Origin: Planctomycetota bacterium
Lineage (GTDB): Bacteria; Planctomycetota; UBA1135
DNA: 35,022 nucleotides
NCBI GenBank assembly: GCA_045047305.1
Contig: JASFYO010000053.1
Location: 1-35,022, forward strand
Reading direction: 5' to 3'
In this document: positions 9,590-17,085 of the stretch, in pieces
Layout: the number at the start of each line of letters is the position of its first letter
Numbering within the stretch: position 1 is the stretch's first letter
The notes under the pieces: generated by a model
Told to the model about the DNA's origin: nothing
Database searches by the model: none
Seen by the model: only the letters and a program-made list of their open reading frames with translations
Made by a program: the position numbers and the translations under genes

Positions 9590-10630
9590 ATGATGGATCC
9601 CACCAAACCCGCGAACGCAACCTCCTCCTCGGTGCCATCCGCAGAAGGCATGCCGCGGTGTTCCATGGCGATTGTGATTCTGAATTATCGCACTCCCAAA
9701 ATGGTAGTCGATTGTTTGCAGACTCTTGCGGGCCAGTTGTTGGAGAGCGAGCATGTGATTGTGGTGGACAATGAATCCCAAGATGATTCGGTGCCACATA
9801 TCCAAACCGCCATTGAGGTCAATCAGTGGGGGAGTTGGGTGGAGTTGCGCGAAGCAGGCGGCAACCATGGCTTTTCTGCTGGGAACAATGTCGGCATTCA
9901 AGCCATCGATGCCGAGGTCTACTTTCTGCTTAATAGCGATACCTTGGTTTGCCCTGGCGCCATGGCCGAGCTGCGCCTTGCTTTAGAGCAAAACCCTAAG
10001 GCCGCCTTAATCAGTCCGCGTTTGGAGTGGCGCGACGGCGAGCCCCAGGTCAGCGCCTTTCGCGAGCCAACACCGTGGAGTGAGCTCGACCGCGCAGCCG
10101 GTGTCGGCCCGATTTCGAGAATTTTTCGCCGCTGGGCAGTATCGCCTCCCCTGTCAGACGAGCCGCTGTCCTTCGCCTGGGCATCCTTTGCTGCCATCTT
10201 GGTGCGCCGGGAAGTCTTCGAGAAGATTGGTTTGATGGACGAGGGCTATTTCCTTTACTTCGAGGACATCGACTTTTGCCGACGCGCCCGCCTAGCTGGC
10301 TTCGAGGGCCTGTACTGGCCGGCCGCCCATGTGGTGCACTTACGTGGCGGAAGTGGCCCGGTGAAAGAGCAGCAGGCCAAGCGACGCCCTCTGCCGGCGT
10401 ATTTTTATGCCTCGCGCAGTCGATTTTTCGCGAAGTCTTATGGCCGAACTGGATTACTGGCCGCAAATGTAATGTGGCTCCTGGGCCGCACCGTTTCCTT
10501 CACTCGCGAGGTGGTTAGCCAGAAGAAGCGCCATCTATGTGCGAAGGAGGGGCGTGGCTTATGGCATAATTTCCTCCGTCCCGTGAACCCGCCTGAAGTC
10601 TGGCGCGGTCACTTCCCACCCAAATCATGA
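9590..10630 (+). CDS. Glycosyltransferase family 2 (WbbL-like, possible rhamnosyltransferase)
   Basis: VILNYRT, VVDNES, GFSAGNN, LLNSDT, DEGYFLYFEDIDF. Confidence 0.88.
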   Translation: MMDPTKPANATSSSVPSAEGMPRCSMAIVILNYRTPKMVVDCLQTLAGQLLESEHVIVVDNESQDDSVPHIQTAIEVNQWGSWVELREAGGNHGFSAGNNVGIQAIDAEVYFLLNSDTLVCPGAMAELRLALEQNPKAALISPRLEWRDGEPQVSAFREPTPWSELDRAAGVGPISRIFRRWAVSPPLSDEPLSFAWASFAAILVRREVFEKIGLMDEGYFLYFEDIDFCRRARLAGFEGLYWPAAHVVHLRGGSGPVKEQQAKRRPLPAYFYASRSRFFAKSYGRTGLLAANVMWLLGRTVSFTREVVSQKKRHLCAKEGRGLWHNFLRPVNPPEVWRGHFPPKS

Positions 10631-11508
10631 ACCTTCACCCGCGACCCGATTTCGTGATGATCGGAGCCATGAAGTGTGCGACTAGCACACTTCATGTGCA
10701 GCTTGCTGCACAGCCAGGGTTTTTCATGAGCACGCCGAAGGAGCCGAATTACTTCAGCGACGATGCTGTTTTCGCCCAAGGGCCCGCTTGGTATCGCGGT
10801 CTGTTTGCCGAGGCAAAACCAGGCGACATTCGCGGAGAGTCGAGCACCCATTACACAAAGTTGCCCGTGCACACCGAAACGATTGCGCGATTACAAGAGG
10901 AGCTTGATGGTGCGCCGGTGAAATTGATTTACATGATGCGGCATCCAATCGATCGCTTGGTTTCGCAATATATCCATGAATGGACGCAAGGTGTGGTGTC
11001 GGCAAAAATCGATGTCGCGCTGGAGCAGCATCCAGAGATGTCGGCGTACAGTTGCTATGCCATGCAATTGGAGCCGTGGATCGAGGCCTTTGGTAAGGAA
11101 TCCATCCTGCCACTTTTCACCGATGGCTTACGTGCGCATTCGCAAAGAACGCTGGAGCGAGTTTGCGATTTCCTCGGTTATCAGGGGGCGCCTGTTTGGG
11201 ATGATTCCAAGGGCGATCAAAATGTAAGCGCCGTGCGTATGCGCAAGTCTCCGGTGAGAGATATTGCTGCCATTCCCGCCCTGCGCTGGATTCGGCGTGC
11301 TTTTGTGCCAGAAGCATGGCGCGCGAAAGTGAAGAGTCGCTGGGTGATGACGGAGCGTCCGCAGCTCAGCGCCGCATCTCTACAAAAGCTAGAGAAGAAG
11401 TTCGATCAGGATCTTGCGCAACTCGGTGACTGGCTGGGCTTGGATTTGAATTGCGCGAACTGGAAAAGCGTGGCAATCGAGGCGGAGCCGGAATGGGTGA
11501 AGAAGTAG
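10627..11508 (+). CDS. PAPS-dependent sulfotransferase (Sulfotransfer_1/3-type)
   Basis: 5'-PSB loop IGAMKCATSTL; KEPNYF; GESSTHY; 3'-PB motif MRHPIDRLVSQY. ATGA overlap with the upstream GT2. Confidence 0.9.
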   Translation: MNLHPRPDFVMIGAMKCATSTLHVQLAAQPGFFMSTPKEPNYFSDDAVFAQGPAWYRGLFAEAKPGDIRGESSTHYTKLPVHTETIARLQEELDGAPVKLIYMMRHPIDRLVSQYIHEWTQGVVSAKIDVALEQHPEMSAYSCYAMQLEPWIEAFGKESILPLFTDGLRAHSQRTLERVCDFLGYQGAPVWDDSKGDQNVSAVRMRKSPVRDIAAIPALRWIRRAFVPEAWRAKVKSRWVMTERPQLSAASLQKLEKKFDQDLAQLGDWLGLDLNCANWKSVAIEAEPEWVKK

Positions 11509-12485
11509 GCGCTGTCGGCGTAGTTGCGATTGGGCGTAACGAAGGAGACCGTTTGCGCCGTTGTTTGGAATCCGTTGTTGGCGAAGGTCGCGTGGTGATT
11601 TATGTCGATTCTGGCAGCACCGACGGCAGCTTGGAGTTGGCGCGTAAGCTTGGAGCAGATGTCGTGGAGTTGGATTTGTCCGTTCCCTTTACGGCTGCCC
11701 GTGCGCGGAATGCTGGTTGGATGCATTTGCGTGCGACTTACCCAGAAATCGAACTGGTGCAATTCCTAGATGGTGATTGTGAGTTAGTCCCTGCATGGCT
11801 GGATGTCGCTCAAGAGGCTCTTGGTGTAAAGGACTCTTTGGTTGTTGTGTGTGGGCGCCGCCGCGAGCGATTCCCCGAAGCCACGGTTTATAATCAACTA
11901 TGCGACATCGAATGGGACACGCCTGTAGGCAAGGCAGATTCTTGCGGCGGCGATGCCATGTTTCAAATGGCGGCCTTAGTCGAGGTCGATGGCTTCGATG
12001 ACACCTCCATCGCAGGGGAGGAGCCGGAGTTGTGCTTTCGTTTGCGTGAAAAAGGCTGGACCATCCAGCGCTTGGATCACGAGATGACTTTGCACGATGC
12101 CGATATCACACGTTTTGGACAGTGGTGGCAGCGTAGCAAACGCGCCGGCCATGCTTATGCGGGCAATTTTCGCCGTCATCCAGAGGCCGGATTCCGCAAA
12201 GGGGAAATCCGCAGTGCCTATTTTTGGGGTTTGATATTGCCCTTAAGTATCCTCTTGCTCGCGCTAGTTTTGCATCCGATTTTCTTACTTGGGTATCTCA
12301 TTTACCCGCTTCAAGTGTTGCGCATTGCGCGGCACTTGCAAGGTGGGAGCCAAGCCCTAAGCGCTAAGCTGCGTTTGCTTTATGCGTTGAATTGCGTGGC
12401 GAGTAAGTTTCCGCACGTCGCAGGTCTGATGGATGAGAGAAAAAGCCACCGCGCGGGTCGGGTGGAGATCATCGAGTACAAGTAG
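11493..12485 (+). CDS. Glycosyltransferase family 2 with C-terminal membrane segments
   Basis: IGRNEG, YVDSGSTDGS, FTAARARNAG, QFLDGDC, GEEPELC.R. Start set to ATG 11493 (track start 11451 is TTG). Confidence 0.88.
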   Translation: MGEEVGAVGVVAIGRNEGDRLRRCLESVVGEGRVVIYVDSGSTDGSLELARKLGADVVELDLSVPFTAARARNAGWMHLRATYPEIELVQFLDGDCELVPAWLDVAQEALGVKDSLVVVCGRRRERFPEATVYNQLCDIEWDTPVGKADSCGGDAMFQMAALVEVDGFDDTSIAGEEPELCFRLREKGWTIQRLDHEMTLHDADITRFGQWWQRSKRAGHAYAGNFRRHPEAGFRKGEIRSAYFWGLILPLSILLLALVLHPIFLLGYLIYPLQVLRIARHLQGGSQALSAKLRLLYALNCVASKFPHVAGLMDERKSHRAGRVEIIEYK

Positions 12486-12511
12486 AAAAGACTGCTTCCT
12501 TGCAACGCTGT

Positions 12512-13717
12512 TTATCCAGCGTGCTGGCGGAATAAATCAGCCATCAACGAGGCCGTTTTATCGATATTGTGCCGCGCTTTCGCTCGCGATGCAGCTGCAT
12601 GACCCATGCGCGCAAGCTCGGTGGCATCGCATGCTAGCGCTAGTTTCATCGCATCGGCGAGCGCTTCCGCATCGCCCGTTGGAACGAGCCATCCTTCCAC
12701 TCCTTGGCGGACCAACTCTGGAATTGCAGCAATGAATGTGGTCACAACCGGACGCGCCAGAGCCATGGATTCCATGAGGACCACCGGCAGGCCTTCCGCA
12801 GAGCTAGGCAGCACCATGGCCCGGCTATTCAAAATGCATTGGCGGACTTGCGCGCCATCGACAGTGCCGAACATCGTGATGTGCGACTCCAATCCATGCT
12901 GTGCAATCGCAGCATCCACGGAGGCACGCAATTCTCCATCGCCAATGATGTCGATGTGAAAATCCACCCCTTGGTTTTTCAAGAGCGCAGCAGCTTGCAA
13001 CATGACCAGTGGCTGCTTTTGCTGGCATAACCGCCCGACGAATAGGAAGTGGTTTCCACTCGGTGGGGAGACATCGTTTGCTTCGAGGAAAGAGGCGTCT
13101 AAGCCGCAGTGCACCACGTGAATGCGGTCGTGGATTTCAGGTGGGGCAAAGAGTTGTAGCTGGCTGCGGCCAAAGCGGCTAATCGCAGCGACAAAGCGTG
13201 CGGATTCGACTTTCTCGGCAAGCTTCAAGCTAATCGCACGATAGTATTCCTCGGAACCGTGCGCGGTAAAACTAAACCCCGGACCACCAAGCGACTCATT
13301 GAGCATGGCGACAATCGGTGGGTTGGTGGAGAAATGCACGTGCACGTGGTCCACACTTTCCCTTTCGCATATCCGCAGCAGCGCACAAGCTTCGCCCAAA
13401 TAGGCGCAATGCACCCCGAGTCCACGTTCCGCACCTTTTGCTAGACGCAGCATACGTGCGAGGCCTCTGAAAAAACGCACTGGATGACGCAGCAGCACGG
13501 CCAGCATGGAAGGCAGTAATCCCTTGGCGCCGTGGGCTAGAAGGGATTGAGTTTGTTCCGCTTCCTCACGATCCGCGTCTTCCACGAAAACTTCGTCGGA
13601 AGGGCGAATGGAAACGCGCACTACCGGAATGCCTTGCGCCTCGACACCCCGAATTTCACGCCGCACAAAGGTGTGGCTGTTCTTGGGGTATTGGTTAATC
13701 AGGTAGAGGACTTTCAT
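12512..13717 (-). CDS. Glycosyltransferase family 4 (WcaL-like)
   Basis: YPKNSHTFVRREI, HVHVHF, SFTAHG, VGRL..K, EGLPVVLMESMA (EX7E). Confidence 0.9.
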   Translation of the reverse strand: MKVLYLINQYPKNSHTFVRREIRGVEAQGIPVVRVSIRPSDEVFVEDADREEAEQTQSLLAHGAKGLLPSMLAVLLRHPVRFFRGLARMLRLAKGAERGLGVHCAYLGEACALLRICERESVDHVHVHFSTNPPIVAMLNESLGGPGFSFTAHGSEEYYRAISLKLAEKVESARFVAAISRFGRSQLQLFAPPEIHDRIHVVHCGLDASFLEANDVSPPSGNHFLFVGRLCQQKQPLVMLQAAALLKNQGVDFHIDIIGDGELRASVDAAIAQHGLESHITMFGTVDGAQVRQCILNSRAMVLPSSAEGLPVVLMESMALARPVVTTFIAAIPELVRQGVEGWLVPTGDAEALADAMKLALACDATELARMGHAAASRAKARHNIDKTASLMADLFRQHAG

Positions 13718-13818
13718 GCTCCGGCGCGGAATGCGGGCTCAGGGGAGGCAGTGGGCGTGGCAGGCATTTAGAATATCGGTGCTTTGGGGAGCTTTCTTGC
13801 CCCCAGAAGGTGCATCCG

Positions 13819-14973
13819 ATGGAAATCTTGGGCAACATCGCATTTTGGAGCGGCGCAATCCTGTGTCTGCCCTGTGGTTTCTTGCTGCTCGAGGTGGTCA
13901 TGGGCCTATTTCCAGGCCGACATCCGCCAGTTTCTGCGCTAGGCAAACCGCCACGTTCCGTTTTGCTGATTCCTGCCCACGATGAGCAGGGCGGGCTAGG
14001 CACCATCCTTGAACGCCTTGGACAGACGGATCTAGAAGGTGTGCAGCCGATCGTATTGGCTGACAACTGTAGCGATCAAACCGCCCAAATCGCGCGCGAT
14101 GCAGGAGTGGACGTATGGGAGCGGGAAAATGCTGCTGAGCGGGGCAAACCCTATGCCTTGGCTTGGGCCTTAGACCGGCTGGCGGAAGACCCACCCGAAG
14201 TCGTGCTGTTCTTAGACGCCGACACTTGGTTTCATCGTGGCGGGCCGGCAACTTTAGCCCGATGCGCTGCGCAACGTGGCATGCCAGTGCAAGCCATCAA
14301 CCGTATTTATGGCGGAGGCTTACGCGGCTTTGCCTTTCGCTTTCGCAACGAGGCTCGTTTGCGTGGGCTAAAAAACTTAGGTGCGCCAACGCAGTTAAGC
14401 GGAACCGGCTTTGCGCTTCCCTGGAAGCTGCTTGCCGATTTCCCTTTGCCGGTAGGCGAGTTAGCGGAAGATGCCTCTTGGGGGTGGAATTTCGCACGCG
14501 CAGGCATTGGGCCTTATCTCACCACCGAGGTCGAAGTGCTGAGTAACCCGCCCGGCTCGAAGCAAGGTGAGGCCACCCAAGTTCGGCGATGGGAGCACGG
14601 CATCCTCGCTGCAACCTTGCGTTTTCTGCCGGGATTACTGCGCTCTGCTCTTTTGCCGCCGAGCCTGAAACGCATGTTCCACTTGGCAGATGTCCTGGTT
14701 CCTCCGCTCGCACTGCTGGTGTTGATTTGTCTAAGCGTGCTCGGGCTCGGCGCAGTCACAGCCGAGCTTACAGTGATAGCGCCTACTCTTTGTGCCTTAT
14801 CCTTATTAGGGATTGCGGTGCTCTTAGGGTGGTGGAAGTACGGCCGTGCCGACTTGCCTTTGCGTCAATTGTTAACAGCCCCGCTTTACGCAGTTGGAAA
14901 AATTGGCGTTTACGGCTCCTTCTTGTTCCGTCGCCAAAAAGGGTGGCAGCGCACGGAACGCGACGACGACTAA
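13819..14973 (+). CDS. Membrane glycosyltransferase family 2 with D,D,D,QxxRW signature
   Basis: IPAHDE, ADNCSD, GKPYAL, FLDAD, LAED, QVRRW; N- and C-terminal TM segments; WQRTER tail. Start at 13810 (GTG) or 13819 (ATG). Confidence 0.85.
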   Translation: MEILGNIAFWSGAILCLPCGFLLLEVVMGLFPGRHPPVSALGKPPRSVLLIPAHDEQGGLGTILERLGQTDLEGVQPIVLADNCSDQTAQIARDAGVDVWERENAAERGKPYALAWALDRLAEDPPEVVLFLDADTWFHRGGPATLARCAAQRGMPVQAINRIYGGGLRGFAFRFRNEARLRGLKNLGAPTQLSGTGFALPWKLLADFPLPVGELAEDASWGWNFARAGIGPYLTTEVEVLSNPPGSKQGEATQVRRWEHGILAATLRFLPGLLRSALLPPSLKRMFHLADVLVPPLALLVLICLSVLGLGAVTAELTVIAPTLCALSLLGIAVLLGWWKYGRADLPLRQLLTAPLYAVGKIGVYGSFLFRRQKGWQRTERDDD

Positions 14974-14983
14974 GTCGGTTGGT

Positions 14984-15952
14984 TTAGTCCCAACGCTGGC
15001 CGAGTAGATGGTAACGCACAAAGTCGCGCAGGAAATGCGGCGGATCTGGCTGTCGACGTTTGGTTAAGGCGTTGCGCAGTTTCCACAAGCTGCGGCCTGC
15101 AACGAAGCTTAGGTTGCAAATCAGCGTATAAATCGGGTTGTGAAATTTACGCCAAAAATGCGCGCGAGATGCAAACCACCACACGGGCATTGGGTTTTCA
15201 TTAGGCGCACCGTTCACGACCCCAGTGGAGGAGCCTGCATAGTGCATAATTCCAGCCTCTGGGACATACCAAGTTTGAAACCCGGCTTGTTTGGCACGGA
15301 GTAGGAGATCGATTTCCTCGAAATAAAGGAAGTACTGTTCATCAAACAGGCCGACTGTTTGCAGCACCTCGCGGCGGACAAACATACAGCCCCCGGAAAC
15401 CCAATCGATTGGGTGGGCCGTGGTGCGTGGTGCTGGAGCAGTGATGCGGCGCGCTAGCAGACGGTCGATGAAACCGAAACGCAATCCTTCGGCGATGGAG
15501 CTCGCCAGACTCGGAAAGCGAAACGCGGTGTAATCGGTCAAGCCTGGGGTGCTTTCAGTGCGCGGGCCAAGAATAGAGGCCTCAGGGTGCTTCTCGAAGA
15601 ATTGCAAGAAGGTGGTTATCGCTCCTGGCAGCACTTCGGTGTCCGGATTCAGTATCAGCAGGTAATCCGCAGGCTTGGGCTGTGCCAGCTCCATTTTTAG
15701 AGCGACATTATTGCCAGCGCCAAAGCCATCGTTGCAGGGATGAGCGATGATTTGGACCCAAGATTCCCAGCCTTCTTGTTGCACCACGGCTTGCAGTGCT
15801 TTTGCTGATCCGTCCTCGGAGAAATTGTCGACCACGGAAACGCATAGGTTCTGGTGCACCTTTCGTTCTGCTGCCAAGGTGCGCAAACACCCAGCCGTCA
15901 AATCCGCAGTACGGAAGTTCACAATGACGACGCGGATGCTGGCTTCACTCAC
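14984..15952 (-). CDS. Glycosyltransferase family 2 (WbbL-like), paralog of 9590-10630
   Basis: VIVNFRT, VVDNFS, GFGAGNN, ILNPDT, DWVSGG, FDEQYFLYFEEID. Confidence 0.88.
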   Translation of the reverse strand: MSEASIRVVIVNFRTADLTAGCLRTLAAERKVHQNLCVSVVDNFSEDGSAKALQAVVQQEGWESWVQIIAHPCNDGFGAGNNVALKMELAQPKPADYLLILNPDTEVLPGAITTFLQFFEKHPEASILGPRTESTPGLTDYTAFRFPSLASSIAEGLRFGFIDRLLARRITAPAPRTTAHPIDWVSGGCMFVRREVLQTVGLFDEQYFLYFEEIDLLLRAKQAGFQTWYVPEAGIMHYAGSSTGVVNGAPNENPMPVWWFASRAHFWRKFHNPIYTLICNLSFVAGRSLWKLRNALTKRRQPDPPHFLRDFVRYHLLGQRWD

Positions 15953-17085
15953 GCTTTCGAATCCGGGCTATGCTTTGCGTGATGCAACTGCTCATGCAAA
16001 TGGTTAAGAATGCGCAGCGAAGCTTTTCCGTCGCCGAATGGATTTTCTATGCGCGCCATCTTTTGATAAGCATCGTCATCCTGCAGGAGACGCATACTCT
16101 CGGCAAAAATGCACTCAGCATCCGTGCCGACTAAGAGAGCCACGCCAGCTTCGATAGCTTCCGGGCGTTCGGTGGTCGTGCGCAAGACTAAGACTGGTCG
16201 TCCGAGACTCGGCGCCTCTTCTTGAACGCCGCCGGAGTCTGTGAGAATCAAGGTGCAGGCAGCCATCGCAGCTGAGAACTCGGCATAGCCCATCGCTTCG
16301 ACAAGCTTCACCCGGGGGTGGGCGCCAAGATGGGATTCAATGACCGAACGCGCAGCTGGGTTGGGGTGCACCGGGCACAAAACTTCTACCTCGGCGCAAG
16401 CATCCAGAATGCGCAACACTGCGGAGCAAATGGATGCCATCGGCGCGCCAAAGTTTTCGCGCCGATGGCAGGTCAGCAGTATGGTTTTCTTTGCTGTTGA
16501 GGAAGTCGCTGCTTGCTGATTCCGCACGATGGTATGCAAGGCATCAATCCCAGTGTTTCCGGTCACCCAACACACTTCCGCTGGCACCCCTTGCTTGAGA
16601 AGGTGGCCCTGCGAAGTGGTGGTAGGGGCAAAGTGGAAGTCGGTGACCTGAGTGACTAGGCATCGGTTGGTTTCTTCCGGCCATGGGTTTGCTCGGTCAA
16701 AGCTACGCAATCCTGCCTCCACATGCGCCACAGGGATCCTTTGATAACTAGCCGCAAGCGCGCCGGCCAAGGTGGTCATGGTGTCGCCCTGGACTACCAC
16801 GCAGTCGGGTTGAATTTTTTTCAGTTCTACCCTCAAGGCATCCATTGCCCGGGATAAGAATTCTGCAGGCTCCTGGTTCGGCCGCATGAGGTTTAAATCG
16901 ACATCCGCCTGCAGGCCAAAATCAGTAAACACTCCGTCGAGCAACTCGCGATGTTGGGCTGTGCTGACTACCACCACTTCAAACTTATCTGCCCGACGCC
17001 GTGCTTCCAGGATCACTGGAATTAACTTAATCGCTTCAGGGCGTGTTCCCAAAATGAAGGCTAGGCGTACTGGTTTATGCATCAC
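15949..17085 (-). CDS. wecB: UDP-N-acetylglucosamine 2-epimerase (non-hydrolysing)
   Basis: GTRPEAIKL, VQGDT, HVEAGLRS, PEE.NR, VTGNTGIDAL, HRREN, TDSGGVQEEAPSLG, TERPE, NPFGDG. Confidence 0.96.
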   Translation of the reverse strand: MMHKPVRLAFILGTRPEAIKLIPVILEARRRADKFEVVVVSTAQHRELLDGVFTDFGLQADVDLNLMRPNQEPAEFLSRAMDALRVELKKIQPDCVVVQGDTMTTLAGALAASYQRIPVAHVEAGLRSFDRANPWPEETNRCLVTQVTDFHFAPTTTSQGHLLKQGVPAEVCWVTGNTGIDALHTIVRNQQAATSSTAKKTILLTCHRRENFGAPMASICSAVLRILDACAEVEVLCPVHPNPAARSVIESHLGAHPRVKLVEAMGYAEFSAAMAACTLILTDSGGVQEEAPSLGRPVLVLRTTTERPEAIEAGVALLVGTDAECIFAESMRLLQDDDAYQKMARIENPFGDGKASLRILNHLHEQLHHAKHSPDSKA

